From Perna viridis (taxonomy: Eukaryota), in the NCBI GenBank assembly GCA_037379345.1, contig CM074517.1:44748577-44812576 (forward strand): DNA of 64,000 nt, given 5' to 3'. The notes under the pieces were generated by a model. That model saw only the letters and a list, made by a program, of their open reading frames with translations, ran no database searches and was not told the DNA's origin. How positions within the stretch are numbered: position 1 is the first letter of the stretch; each line of letters begins with the position of its first letter. Shown here piece after piece: positions 21,808-35,427 of this stretch. Position numbers and translations under genes: made by a program.

Positions 21808-24178
21808 AAGCTCAAGGTAGCGAACAATAAGTCCGAGCAAGCTAGCGAACAACAGGGCAGCAAACAATAAAAAAGCGCGGGAAACTCCAATATCTAAAAA
21901 CCATAGAACATAACAAACCCACAACGGACTTTGCCATTTTATTTCATATTATTTATGTATTATTGGATAATTTCGTAATAAAAATTTTGATACTATTGTG
22001 TTTATGAACGTACTTCTGATGCATTTTAAATTGCCTAATTGAAACTGAGATTCAAAACTTTTGAAATACAATTTTGAATGCCTTCATAGACGTAAAATAT
22101 TAATTTGCATACTGATATTATTAATTAACTAATTTCGGACCCTTGTTTAGGGCCCGATTTGTAAATATCCTGATCTGACATTTATAACTCTGTCAACTTT
22201 AGTTGTATAACTCAATCCAGTTAAATAGAAATGTTAAAAATAAACAATTATCCTTCTATATAGATACAAAAATAAATTATATCCCCTTTTTGAAAAAAAA
22301 ACTACACAAACGGAAACATACAAACAAAACAAAACAAAAAACAAAACAAAACAAAGCAAAACAAAACAAAACAAAACATAAAAAAAACCAAAAAAACCAA
22401 AAAACTTATTAATCACCACTGTTAAACTTTACTCCACGTCGAAAAAGAAATTCTATGAATAGTTAATTCGTTACTAGAATGAAAAAAAAATAATGTGTTG
22501 GCGGGTGCTGAATTTGGGGAATGATCCATATGCACTTCCTAGAAATTTGATGGTTAATTAAACAATACATTGAAAACTCAGCCTGTAACCGTTCTCCCAA
22601 ACTGAAAATTCAAAGTTGGCAAAAAAATCGTGAGGGGGATCCCTCTTCAAGGGGTCATAAAAAAATTCCTACGGCAAAGCTTTTACAGACCATTCAGGGT
22701 TAGCTAGTCACCATACAGGTTAGTTTCGTTTAAAATTAAGCTTTTGTGGACAATAAAGGGCTGAGTTTTCAATATTTTTGGTTAGTTAACGCCCAGTTTC
22801 TAGGATGTGCATATAGATCGTTTCCCAAAGACGGGACCCCCCCCCACACACCTTATTTTTCTCATTCTTGTCATGAATTAACTATTTATAGAAATGGTTT
22901 TTGAGGAGTGAAATTTAACAGTGACGGGTAATTATTTGTTTTTATGTCGTTTATTTTTTTCTATTTTTTGTTTTTTTGTTTACATGTTTTTTGTTTAAGT
23001 GTTTTGACAAATAGGGGGTGTATTTTTGTATCTATATATTATGTATCTATATAGAAGTGGAATTGCTTATTTTCAATATTATTCTTTCTTTGTGTAACTG
23101 ATTTGCGTTACAAAATTAAAGTTAACGGAGTTATCAATCTCAGATCTACAAATGAGGGCACTAACACAGTGTCCAAAATAAAATATATCAGTATGAAAAA
23201 TACTTTCTAACGCCTATCTAGTGAAAGCTAAATAACGAATGAATTCAATTTTTCATTTTTTTTTGCTTTTACATGGAAAATAAAACATTTAAAAAAAAAT
23301 AGTAATTAGTACATTCTGTCGCCTTTAGATCCAGACAATAATAAATCTAGAAATAGCATTCACAATTTTATTTTAAAAGCTTTTATTCTCAATTTCAATA
23401 AAGCAATTTGAAATGCATTTGAAGTACGCGTATAAAAAATAGTATAGTCACAAATTTATTACGAAGTTATCCAAATGACACATGTCTCCGTGCAGGTCCG
23501 GGTATTAAAAGAATAGGCCTGCAGCAGCGCTAAGCTTGTCGTAAAAGGCGACTACATAGTACTCAGAACCCTAGCCGGGGGCTAGGGCGCTCTGCCCACA
23601 AAGCAACTGGGATGTGTGCCCCAGGTGTTGGAATGGGGTACCCCTGGTGTGTTACATGCTGGGGTTGTCAGGCTATAATACGGAAAACCTGACTGCAAAC
23701 CATAGTGGTGCACCATGTTGGGAAAGATGCCACGTTCCTCGCACGTTAAAGAACCCTACTGTGGTATTCTCCCGGAGTAGGAACCATAGGGCTCCGCCAC
23801 AGGAGGCTAAATTGCCCAACCCTACCCACCTCTCCCTATTTCCAGTGGCAATCAAAATTTGTCGACCCCATTGTCCTTGTGTCCCATCCCTTTTTTCATT
23901 TCATCATCATTTCATGTTCATTTTATCATCCATTTCATGTTCATCGTCTGAATATAGCTGAAATATTGCTGCTCGGACGTTAAACCCCAACAAACAAAAC
24001 AAAAACAATACAAATGACACATGTGAATGACACAGTCCGTTGTGGTTTTTTGTTTGTTATGTTTTACGGTTTTTAAGCATTGAAGTTTTCCCGTGCTTCT
24101 TAATGTTCGCTTTATTGTTCGCTAGCATGATCTAGCTTATTATTCGCTGGCTTATTGTTCGCTAGCTTGAGCTTGGCA
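21808..24178. mobile_element. Foldback (long-TIR) non-autonomous DNA element inserted in a minisatellite
   Basis: Left arm ~21808-22560 is the imperfect reverse complement of the right arm ~22790-24178 once the SINE at 23486-24010 is removed; ends CCAAGCTCAAG / CTTGAGCTTGG. Confidence 0.75.
23486..24010 (+). mobile_element. SINE-like retroposon with 14-bp TSD
   Basis: TSD CAAATGACACATGT at 23472-23485 and 24011-24024; A/C-rich tail; 3' half shared with 7650-7897 and 43377-43580. Confidence 0.88.
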
Positions 24179-24184
24179 TGGGAA

Positions 24185-24685
24185 ACAGCTTAGATTGAGA
24201 ACGGCTTGTATTTAGATTTTATGAGATAAGGTTGAACACGCGCATGTATTAATTGTTTATTGAAATACAATTGAGGACGGCTCGTATTGTGTGTTTTATG
24301 AGATAAAATTGAGGACGGCTCGTTTTGTGTGTTTTATGAAATAAATTTGAGAACGGCTTGAATTGGGTTACTGGGAACCGCTTAGATTGAGAACGGCTTG
24401 TATTTAGTGTTTAATGAGATAAGATTGAAAACGCGCATGCATTAATTGTTTATTGAAATAAAACTGAGGACGGCTTGTTTTGGTGTTATATTAGGTAAGA
24501 TTGAGACCGTGCATGCATTGATTGTATATAAAATAAAAATTAGGACGGCTCGTAATGTGTGTTTTATGAGATACGATTGAGAAAGGATTATTATGGATGT
24601 TTTATTAGATAAAATTGAGAACGGCATGTATTGCTTGTTTTATGAAATGAAATTGAGAACGGTTCGTATTTGATGTTTCATGAGC
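24185..24685. repeat. ~40-bp degenerate minisatellite
   Basis: Recurring GATAAAATTGAG(A/G)ACGGCT(C/T)GTATTGTGTGTTTTATGA; the same unit also occurs at 21735-21805, on the other side of the foldback element. Confidence 0.8.
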
Positions 24686-25909
24686 TGCCTTGTCTATCTT
24701 GTTTTATTTTCACTTTCAGTTTACTTTTATATTGCTGGAGTATATAGGGGTAGCTATTTCACTATACTTGTGTATAATGTTATTTTGGGACAACTGTAAT
24801 CTGCCCAATGGTGTCAGTGTTCCCTCTCCGTTCATTTAAGACCCATGGGTGGTCATGGGCTGAAATGTTTCGTCCCTGTGAGGTTGTTGTCTCTTTGACA
24901 TAATCACCATATCCTTTCTCGTTATAAGAGATATCAAAGAGCTTTTTTAATCTATTGTGCTTCTCTGGTTATTAGGATTATTTGGTTGCTTTGTTCTAGA
25001 ATAATTAATTTTGTCTAACTCTTATTTCAAAGACATATTTGTTCTAGTTTAGCACGCCTGTATGTGTTGGTATTCATAACGTTTTCAAGTAACCACAAAT
25101 GTCGGGATGGGTGGCATACATATGTACGTGATTTTGATTCAGAAGCGATATATCTACATCATCAAATTTCTTGTAAAAATATAATAATTTGTTGATTCAG
25201 CCAATCAAAAGTCGAACATTATATCATATTATGACAGGTTATCTCTTTAAATGTATTCCGATGTTACAACTAAATTAATCTTATACCGGTAGTTACTATA
25301 TACTGTATATTTGAATAAAAATAAAATTTCCTTGAAAAAAACATGCGGTAACAGTTCGAACAATTACTTCCTAATTGCTAAAGTCACTTCCGAAATACAT
25401 CATTTCCAACGGACAGATTGTGTGTCATTCATGTTTCAGAGCATCTACATATACAGGACGAATAGACACCTCAATCGAAGACTTTTTTCTGATTAAACAA
25501 TTTGCACATTGTGAAAAAAATACGACTCCGTGGCCCAATTGAGTTTTTGAAAAATTCAAGAAAAACAACCAGTAATGGAAGTAATTATGTAGCAAAATGT
25601 ATGTTAGTATTTCAGTTAGGTAAACAAACCAGGACGATCTTCAATATAATTGTTAGGTTTTAATTACCTCATTAAAATCAAAATTGTAAAACAGATGAAG
25701 TTTTGTCAATCTTATTGTACCATGTAAATAACGTAACGCACTAACTATAAGGTCGTACATGTACAGTTCTTATATTATTTAAAAATGTTTTAATGTGTGC
25801 AATTAATCAATTGAATATATTACAAATCTATATTTGGTTTCATAACAACGCATGAGGAACTTAGATCTTAAGAATCGTAGATAAAATAGTGTTGGGTTTT
25901 GTAACTTTT

Positions 25910-26056
25910 TGTAACTTAGTACACGATGTATGGTAAGTACGGGACAGTTCATTTAGATGTTGTTTAAAGGGAACGGAGAGAACGACCACAAATTTGCATC
26001 GCATATTTGACAGTTCTAACATCCATCGTTGGGAATTTTTCAGACCTTTATATATA
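25910..26056. mobile_element. Rearranged fragment of the tRNA-Leu-headed element
   Basis: 25910-25961 matches 29370-29420 directly, whereas 25979-26050 matches the reverse complement of 29150-29215; ends in TATATA. Confidence 0.7.
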
Positions 26057-26604
26057 CTTAAGGGTTTGGATTGGGAAATGATCAAATCATATTGCTGTTT
26101 CATTCACAGATAAAAAAAGGATTAAACTAGTTTAAAAATAATAACACAAAATTTTGTAAAAAAAGTTGTATTCCAGTGACATTGATATGACTACATACAT
26201 TTTTTTTTACCATAAAACATAACAATTTCACCATACTGCAATGCTATGGGTTCATCATATACACAGCATAGCAATGTTATAGAATGCAAACTATTTTACT
26301 TGATCATCTGTTCACACAAGCAATTTTGTAGAAATCTCGAGGAAGGTTTCAAATTTAATTTGAACATGTCTCCGTTGTGCAGGAGGACAGAAGACAAAAC
26401 CAAAATATATCTCTCCTATCAACACCCTGGCGGAATTTTAATTTTCCCTCATTTTAAACAACGTACTATATATTTTTTTTTATTCCAAAAAGATACTATC
26501 TGACTTTGAACATTTGGTTATTTAATTTTAGTATTCGTTGAACATTTTGATTGAACATCGCCATACATATCGCGACTGCTATTCAGTTTGGATTTACGGC
26601 ATCA

Positions 26605-28209
26605 TCACAAGCATTTTTTTATTGTTTTCCAAAGACGAATCCTAAGCTTTTGTCCCATAACGACATACACAACAAAGTTTAAACCGTAACCAACCATCAG
26701 ATTAATTTCCCTAAACTGAACAACAATCTTGAATGTGTCGATTCCGACTTCAATTCTCTGTGCAACGATCATTTCAAGCATGATATTTAGGATCTCTGAA
26801 GAAACTAAAATGATACAAATGAACACAATTATTATTGATGACTTCCGGTTCCGGCTCCTTGTGGTCAACGATTCTTTCCATGGCAGGGTTCGCCCGGAGT
26901 TTGTTAACTTAAATACCATTAGAACTGTGCAGACAAAAACTATGGCAATAAGAATTATAGAAACAAAGTCAACAAATTTTGTATTGACATTAAAGTCACT
27001 GTAAAGTACGTTCTTTTTTAAGCAACATATTTGATTGTGCTGATATATTGACATGAACGGACTATGGTACTCGAAGGAGTAAATCAAAACAGATATCAAA
27101 AGTGACAAAATTGCTAACACATCGAAGTAAAGCCTCTTCAGGTTAACTTTGCTCCATATTGGAAGAAACATGGCTAATGTCTTTTGAATACTAAGCAGGC
27201 ATGTGATCCATATCGACGTCATGTGGAATATTTGTCACGTAATTTGAAAAGACATTATGATGAAAAACGACATTTGATCGGCTACAAAAGAACCTAGGTT
27301 GAATGTGTCGTAGAACTTATACAAAATACTTAATGCAACATTTTTCCCGGTCATCAACACTGCTGATAACGAATCACTCACGGCCAAATAAATTATTAGA
27401 GAAATTGCAGAGTTCTTTTCATGACGTAATATTGACGTCACAAATAAATTAACTGTAATAATTTCAGTCATAATAATCAACTGCCAAATAAGAGTAAAAG
27501 AGGGTAACACAATTGAAATGCATGGTATATCGTTAGAAAAGCAATAATGTATAGAAAGGCAATGATATTTTTCATTAAAATTGTTTAAATCGAGGAAACT
27601 GATTTGAATTTCATTTTGTGATGATAAGTTTTTTCTGTTGGTTATATCATAAAACAATGTTGCGCACTTTTCTGTCTTGATCGTAACAATGGAAACATCT
27701 TTAAGACTTTTCATTCTGAGAAAGAAATAATGGTGAATAAAGCCTTTTTTAAAATGCGGACCCCAAATTAACTGAAAAGAAGCCATGGAAATATAAGTTA
27801 TTGTCTTCGAGCAATTGCTATTTCTTCTCATCCATTCATTCAAATTTGATTCCGCAATTTTGTTATCCAAAGAGTGTATATATTCTTCCATAGACGATGT
27901 GCAGTAGTTTTCAACATCATTTGTAAAGAACATATCAATGCCGGTGAAGAACGGAAAAACTGACGTACGATTTAAAGATACATTACTCCAAGTGAAATCT
28001 TGTACAGTTGTTGAAATCAAGTGAGGAAGTTCCATTAACAATGTGGTCACTTCATCGGTAATCAATTTATTGCTATTATTACCTGAATTGTTATAGTTGA
28101 AATACATTTTCTCGTCATTTTGAGTAGACTCTTTTGAGATATCTACAAAATATGTAAAAATGAATAAAAAAAATGTAGTAAGTTTTAGATCAAACAAGTA
28201 GTCAAACAT
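26605..28209 (-). pseudogene. Intronless rhodopsin-family (peptide-receptor-like) GPCR with long ectodomain; single in-frame TGA
   Basis: ORFs 27235-28209 and 26605-27222 are in frame across one TGA (FQIT*QIFHMTSIWIT); signal-like N-terminus; TM motifs YLAVSD, SIWITCLLSIQK, LNFVVYVVMGQKLR. Confidence 0.8.
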
Positions 28210-28624
28210 CGGCTATATAACGTTCATATTTTTGGCAATCCGTCAGACGAATTGTTGTTGAGCTGATGTTTTAAACGGTTGAAGTTGGCTGCGACGGTTA
28301 ATTATCATTTTATGACTTTAAGTCATAAATAGTTCATAATATTTTAAATTGGAATTCTCGCTTAAAAATCTGTCTTTGCAAGGATCGGTGAGTTATTAAC
28401 TACATTGTATCTGTCTAAATATTATCTACCGCCCATTATTCTACAATGTAAGTCTTAGTGAAATGGAAAACGAAATCGAAATGGATGGCGCCGGTTTTAT
28501 TTTGTCATTCATAACGATGATCGAAGGTCAGCCATTTAATGTAAGATAAAAATAAGTGATTAAATGGAAGGTTTTAGAATGTTTGTCAAATATGATTCTG
28601 TGTGTTGTCTTTTAAGTCGTTTGT

Positions 28625-29052
28625 ACGAGTCTCATTTACAGACGGAAAAGGAAAACTAACGATCAAACTATACGACAAACGCGACGACTTCTTATTCAAT
28701 ATTGTCAGCTTTCCTTTCATCTGTGGAATCATTCCGTTAGAACTTGCTATTGGAGTGTTTATATCACATTTCATACGTTACGCGAGAGCTTGCCAAAACT
28801 ACAGAAACTTTTTGTACCGTGCTAGACTTCTCACAATTCGGCTTTAAAACAGGGTTATCGTACTGAAGATTCTAGATGAGAAGAGGACACTTACCCGACC
28901 GGTACACCTTGTTAATGGTCTCGTTTTTCGTCAAATCCGGGTTGGTCATTTTCTTCTATTTCCTTGTTCTCTTTTTTTGTTTTTCCCCTGTCTAGACTTT
29001 ATTCTTGGAATATATTCATTTGATTTTCAATTGAATCTTGGTTGCTTGATTA
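28625..29052 (+). mobile_element. Penelope-like (Naiad-type) element 3' fragment
   Basis: DGKGKLTIKLYDKRDDF...FPFICGIIP...GVFISHFIRYARAC plus a degraded 3' UTR matching 61560-61815. Confidence 0.8.
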
Positions 29053-29060
29053 TTTATATA

Positions 29061-29516
29061 TATACAAACGTCTCAGAATGTGACGACTCTAATCGCTACA
29101 CTGCTCCATCGGATCAAATTGATACAGGGAAGATATGTAAACGTATAGAAAGGTCTGAAAAGTTCCCAACGATGTTAGAACTTCAAATTTGCGATGCAAA
29201 TTTTTGGTCGTTTCCTCCGCGCGCGGGACTCGAACTCGTACCGCTGTGACATCTATGGCAACACCGCCTGCACAAAGTCCAGCGCCCTAGACCACTCGAC
29301 CAGCTAGGCTATATAAAAATATAGCTTTCGCTGACCGGATCATTCCTCCTCGTAGGATTAATCTAGGGCTGTAACTTAGTACACGATGTATGGTAGTACG
29401 AGACAGTTCATTTAGATGTTATTATGTAGGATAGAGGATCAAATTAATGATGCATGTCACAACAAATCAATATTATACAAACGTCTCAGAATGTGACGTT
29501 TCTATTCGCTACACTG
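29061..29516 (-). mobile_element. tRNA-Leu-derived non-autonomous element: 413-bp unit plus ~43-bp terminal redundancy
   Basis: Head at 29309-29220 with A box TGGTCGAGTGG and B box GAGTTCGAGTCC; direct repeat TATACAAACGTCTCAGAATGTGACG at 29061 and 29474. Confidence 0.75.
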
Positions 29517-29529
29517 GCTTTTATATATT

Positions 29530-30205
29530 TTTATATTTGTACCATCTTTTTGGAAAAACAACGATGTATAATGTTTTTAAGTCGGGATTTTAACTGAGTA
29601 TGGGGAATAGAAGTATACAGTGTTGTAAAATCATAGGTTTTAATGCTATTATATTCAGATAATAGTCATGAACTGATTGTCTCCAAACGATCTTTCGAAT
29701 TTTTCAGGATCCACATTGAATTAATACCACTATGGGAGTAACAAGTGTTGTGGTAGGACTGCAGACCCTCTTTGACAGTTGTGAGTATAGAAGTTAAAAG
29801 TTTTGAAAGAGATTTGGTGGTACATTTTGCAGATCCAGCTATGAAACGTTGTTTGTATGCATTCTTGTGAAGTTTAGGAATCCAGTACATAAACGGTAAA
29901 TCACAATCATCGTTCTTGGTAGAGAGACCAAAAGAGGATAGCACAGATTTATGTTTTTCCACAATCTCTTCTTTGGAGACAGAGGTAGCAGTATAGGTCT
30001 TATCACTGCTATTATTTTCTACGTCTACCTCTGATAATAAACATTGGATATAAAACGTTCGGCAGACAAAAACAATGTTGTTTTGGGCTTTGTCTGCTGG
30101 TACGACAACATATTTGTCATGTATAGTAGACAATGTTTTTGCTACATCGGGGTCTTTGAAAACTGATATATCCTTGGCACTCATTGACCTACTTAAACTC
30201 GAAAA
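29530..30205 (-). mobile_element. Penelope-like (Naiad-type) RT fragment
   Basis: YVVVPADKAQNNIVFVC, YWIPKLHK...QRFIAGS, MWILKNSK, and downstream YDFTTLYTSIPH. Confidence 0.85.
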
Positions 30206-31166
30206 TATCAATTTTAGACCTCAAACACTTTCAATTCAGTGCATAAAAGATTGATTAAAAAGTAAAGACGTGTTATACATAGAGGAGTTTGAAAATAAAA
30301 TAAATAATGTCTGGAAGAAAGCATTGAGATATATTTTTCAACAATGTAAATTCATTTCTATTTTACTCTAGCCATATTTTCATCCAATTGACATTTATAT
30401 TTTGAGTCTGACCAATCGAACGGGGTTGGTACTCAATGACAAGGAAATTTAAAAAAAAACAAAAAAAAACAAAAAACAAAACAAAACAAAAACAGAACAA
30501 AAAAAAAACCAAAAAAAAAAACAAACCCAAAAAACAAATTACAGCAAACTTACACAGGAATTTGTTGTCCTTTGTTATATAGTTCAAGCTACATTCGACA
30601 ATATACATTCAGGAGTAATAATAATCATTCACTTTTTTTAATCATTGTTATGTCTTTGTCTGAGAACAATAAAACCTGAATTTCATAGAACTAGATAATT
30701 ATTGTTGATAGAAGGTGATACGACATCAATCTCCAACCACATCAGTAATTACTCATTATAATAGGTTTGTTCTGTGTGCCTTTTAAATATTATATCATAT
30801 CATAAAAATTATAGAAATAAATATCTTGTGTAGATTCCATTATTAAATTTCATTTATGAAGTAGTAGTCTTTCTAAGAACCTACACATTCTTTAATATGT
30901 GATGATAATTATATGATATTGAACACGTGATAGCCATATGATCATCATATATTTCACATATGTTTATTTTTGTTATTAAGTTACTTTGTATGTCTTTATA
31001 GGTCTCTATCGTGAAAGGTATAACTATTCACTTCCAATCTGTCTGCTCTTAAGAGATAATCAAATAGATTCTATTTATTTTATTGTCCTTTACAGAGTTA
31101 TCTCCCTTTATTTTGAATTGTACAGTACTTTCTTTATAATATTTATCTTCTAAAATCAAGGAATAT

Positions 31167-32709
31167 ATGAAAAGTCATATGTTTATTTCTGTTAACTATA
31201 ACATTTGGAAAATATATCAAAAACAAAAATATGTATTCTTCCCAACCTTGAATCACATTTTAACATACTCACATGTATTAAAAACACATTTTGTATGGGT
31301 AGAAGGATCGACCTTTCGAATCGAGGAAAGGACAATGGTATATCCTTATTAACTTTACCTGACATTAACAAGTTTCAAAAAAGATACAAATGCTTATCTG
31401 TTTCTTCCTGTAGTGCAAACGATTTGCCATGTGTTGAAATTCTACTACCTTCAATGATTGGTTATTTGCAAATTGGACTAATGATTGTAGGTATTCTTTT
31501 CAACACATTTGTTATGATTGCGTTTTGCTGATACTCGACGTCACATACAACACATTTTCGAATTGAAGCTCTACTTTTTAAACCGTCGGGACTTACCGCT
31601 AGAATTGTCTCTCTTTTATTTAATATGAAGATAGTTCGCATATATGCATGACGTGTTAGTACCAACGAGTCGCTTATTAGCTTAAATCATCCTTAAGGGA
31701 AAATCCCATACTAATATCCGCCATGTTGGTTTCTACGGGACGATTTGTTTACAAACGAAGTTCGTAAGTTTCCGTCGAACTCCGGTGACAATGCATTCTG
31801 GGTTCTTCGGTTTTTGGACAAACCATTTAAACGTAAGCAACATCTCCTAGCAACCCAATCACTGTAAACATGGCCGACGTTTTACAATGTAAATATTGGC
31901 ACCAAGAATTAAAATCTGACCGGAATTTAACGATTCAATGTTTAGGGAGAAACCGTTTGGCTAAACGAATGAGCAAGTCATTTAAGACAATTTAAACGAG
32001 GTAGGTGTCAATAAAGTCGCAGAAAATATTTTTATTCAAATTTTAACAGTATGTTATTCATGAGACGCCGAGTATAGTAAATAATACTGACATTGGAGCA
32101 CTTTTAAGCTACTTGGCAATTTGTTACACGATATACGCTATATTGATGGCCAGGAGGAGCATATCTGTTATACTTTTAAATGGGCACATACCGTCGTTCA
32201 ATCCGGGAGTCGTTGCAGTCAATTATTTTACTTACATTGTCACATTTTCTTTACAAATAGCGTCTCAAATTTTCCATATCACGTCGATATTGACAACAAC
32301 TCTTCTCAGTTGACATATTGCAGTAATTTTTTCATTCTTTTTATCCGTTTTAACCTATTTTTTTCACGCGGAGAAAATGTGGTCTTCTATCTATGAAAGG
32401 AAAGCAAACTGTTGCCAACATAAAACTTACATTGATGACGACTCGGCTGTCGGAACACAGATAACTGGTCTGCCTTTCTCTGTTCTTTGTGGAATAGTTT
32501 TTACCTGTACTATAACCGTTATTTTCAAGCTCATATGCTTAAGGCGAAATTTAACAATTAAATTAAACTTTACAATTTATCTTACTATGGAGAAAAGTCT
32601 AAGACGTGTGCTAAAAGCATGTCTTTATTTATGCTTCTGTAGATGTCGTATAGAAAGAAAAAAAGAAAATACAATATCTGCCCGCGTAAGCATTATTTGT
32701 AACCACTGA
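31167..32709 (+). pseudogene. Degraded paralogue of the 26605-28209 GPCR, interrupted by a MITE
   Basis: ISLLTLPDINKFQKRYKCLSVSSCSANDLPCVEILLPS aligns with ISFLDLNNFNEKYHCLSIHYCFSNDIPCISIVLPS; LQIASQIFHITSI aligns with FQIT*QIFHMTSI. Confidence 0.78.
31534..32072. mobile_element. MITE with TA TSD (Tc1/mariner-like)
   Basis: TA|CTCGACGTCACAT ... ATGAGACGCCGAG|TA; splits the GPCR pseudogene between TM1 and TM2. Confidence 0.72.
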
Positions 32710-35427
32710 GAATGACTAGACTATCAATATTCATGTACATTAACTTTTAACTTTCTTATTGTTGTAACACAAAACTGACAAGGAAAAACACATTAAGTAC
32801 TACTCTGTCTACAAATCAGGCAAATATGTGTAAGGTGTGGCACATAAAAACAAACATACACACATAATCGTTTTGGTATTATCTAGGTATTTATACCTCA
32901 TAACCTTCAGAAATATCCATTGAAGTGCTTTTTAAAATTTGCGTTTTAAAGATATGATAGCTCAAATTTAGTTGTAAAATAATATGCAAAATGGTGGGAA
33001 AGGTTTTCCACTTTTTTCCTATATAAGGAATCAAAACGTCACAGATGCTTCATTATGATTTTAAAAAGTTTTTCAGTCGTTTTCTAGATGAATTTGAAGC
33101 AAACAAGAATAAATTGAGAAAAAGTATGTCCCACTCACTGCCCGATTCTAACACAAAATGATACATAAATTTCTTACAAAGACGAAATGCAACGAACTCT
33201 ACCTAAAACATCAGAGGTAGAAGAATAAATAGTTCCTTCTTTTTGTAAGACGCCTGCCCTCCTACCAAAATAAGGGTCGTGTCTGGTAAAGAATGATTAC
33301 TTGAAGTTTTTAGAAACTTTTAAAATTTCTTTGCATATATTAACTCTTTTATAACACCCCATATTTTCAAATATGACTTCTGTGATTGTTTTAAATATAT
33401 TTTAGTGATAAATATGTTTTCCGTCTTTCAGAACCTGTTGAATTGAACATGTTTTGAATGATGCTGGAATAATGTTATTAATTTATTTATCACAACTGTT
33501 AAAGACATAAGCACTACATTCGACGTCAGTTGGAGCCGGTTATTGATTTATCTATACATGTGTTCAATTATTATATTCCCTGGAGACGGAGTTATCTTTT
33601 ATTTTATTAGTTATGCATAGAATTTCAACATCAGTTCGTACGGGTATATTCTTTACGACAAATCCTACGGATTCCGCCATGTTTTATTGCTAAGTGTCGT
33701 TGTTCACAAATTCGATTGGTCAAATTTTAACTACTTAAATTATAGAAAGACGTCGTTTTATGATACGATTTAGCCGGTTGTTCAAAACAATTTGAACAAC
33801 GATAGGTATAAATTATCATATCATTCTCTATTTTACTTCCAATATGAATAGGTCGGACATTATTTGAAGCCGAGTATAATAGATGAATAAATTCCCTAAA
33901 CAATGTATGAAAGCATAATCCTCTGACAAATTATTTCCAACAGTATAATTACTGAGAAATTAAAAATTGATTGATCTACCTCCGTTCAAACCATTTTTCA
34001 ATTCGATAACTTTTTGTTGTAGCGAGTCACCAATGAGCGTCTAATCAAGTATTTAAAAGTATACATTAGTATTCACACAATAAGATGATTCTTATGGGCA
34101 TTTTTATTGTCTATGAGTATTAAAGCTTATCACGTTTGGATGACATGCTTTTAACAGGATATTAATTAAGCATACTGGTCTTATACTGTACTAACATGAC
34201 TTATTAATAACATACTGTTAGACCAACATGCTGACAATAATTGGAGATAGCAATGTTCATATCAGTCCTTTGATAAGAATACAAAGTATGAATACTATTT
34301 CGTCTTCAGTCATGTAAAGATTGTCTCCCACTTCTAAAAATGGAAAATGTGAATAGTACGAATGGTAGGAATAAATATCCTTACTGTCAATATTAATATT
34401 ATCAGATATGACAGAGTCGTTCAATGTAAATGTGTCAGCGCAAATGATACTTGTATGTGTCCCTTGTCTGTAAGCGAAGTTGAGTTTCGAAAACGACATA
34501 CAAAAGACATATCAAAACAAAGCGAAGAATGCTCGTCGATTTGATTCGTGCATGCAAATATTTGTTTTACATAATAGTTATATCTGTATAATTTTTATTG
34601 ATCTCATACTGGATATCAACTTATTAAAATTGGTAATCATTACGATAAATCATTAATTGATGTAGACATGGAGAAGATCTGGGTCAATAGATATTAGTGA
34701 ATTACCGACTATTTTCTGTAAAGATGCAGACTAATGCAAATGCTTTACATTAATATTTTTAAAGAATAATGTTAACGAATATATTTAAGGATTAATTCTT
34801 ATTTCTTGCAGCAGTTTATACTTGTAAACCGCTAAGGTGTAAACTGGTCCAAACTAGGTTATTGAGTATAACCTATTCAAATATTTGAAACATTCCTTAT
34901 AATTTAATTTCTAGTGTGTGAAAATCCAAACTGTGATTTTGTTTGTGAATATTTGAATTGCGGAGTGCGGACCAATCGACGGTAATGACGTTATAGTACC
35001 AAGTCAGGTTATACAAAATGAGAGAACCAACCAATTAGAAAGCTTGTTACAAAGTCAAATTAAATTACCCTAGGTTGAGTGTCGTTGTACGAATAAGGCA
35101 GGGGATGAATCATGGTACAAAAAATCCTACAGTTTTGATTTTAATTTGTCTATTTGCACGATCAGAATCAAGGGAAAAAACAAGATTTTCCGCATTACTC
35201 AGGTGAACTTGAGTCCTTATTTTTATTAAAATACACTGAAAATAAAAAAAAGAAAGAAATTTTAACATTTTTTGTTCTTTTGAAAAAATGTAGTTTTGTC
35301 AACAATGGAAATAAAATTCGGTCCATATTTATTTCTTCTTTTAATTTTGTATGATACCTAACAAACATATTTTTTTACAAAACAGAACGGCGTCTAAATT
35401 CTCTATTGTTGCAGTATCCGCGTCTTT

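Noticed and set aside
29220-29309. Functional tRNA-Leu gene
   Set aside because: A and B boxes are present, but the anticodon and acceptor stems do not pair properly and the sequence is part of a repeated element.
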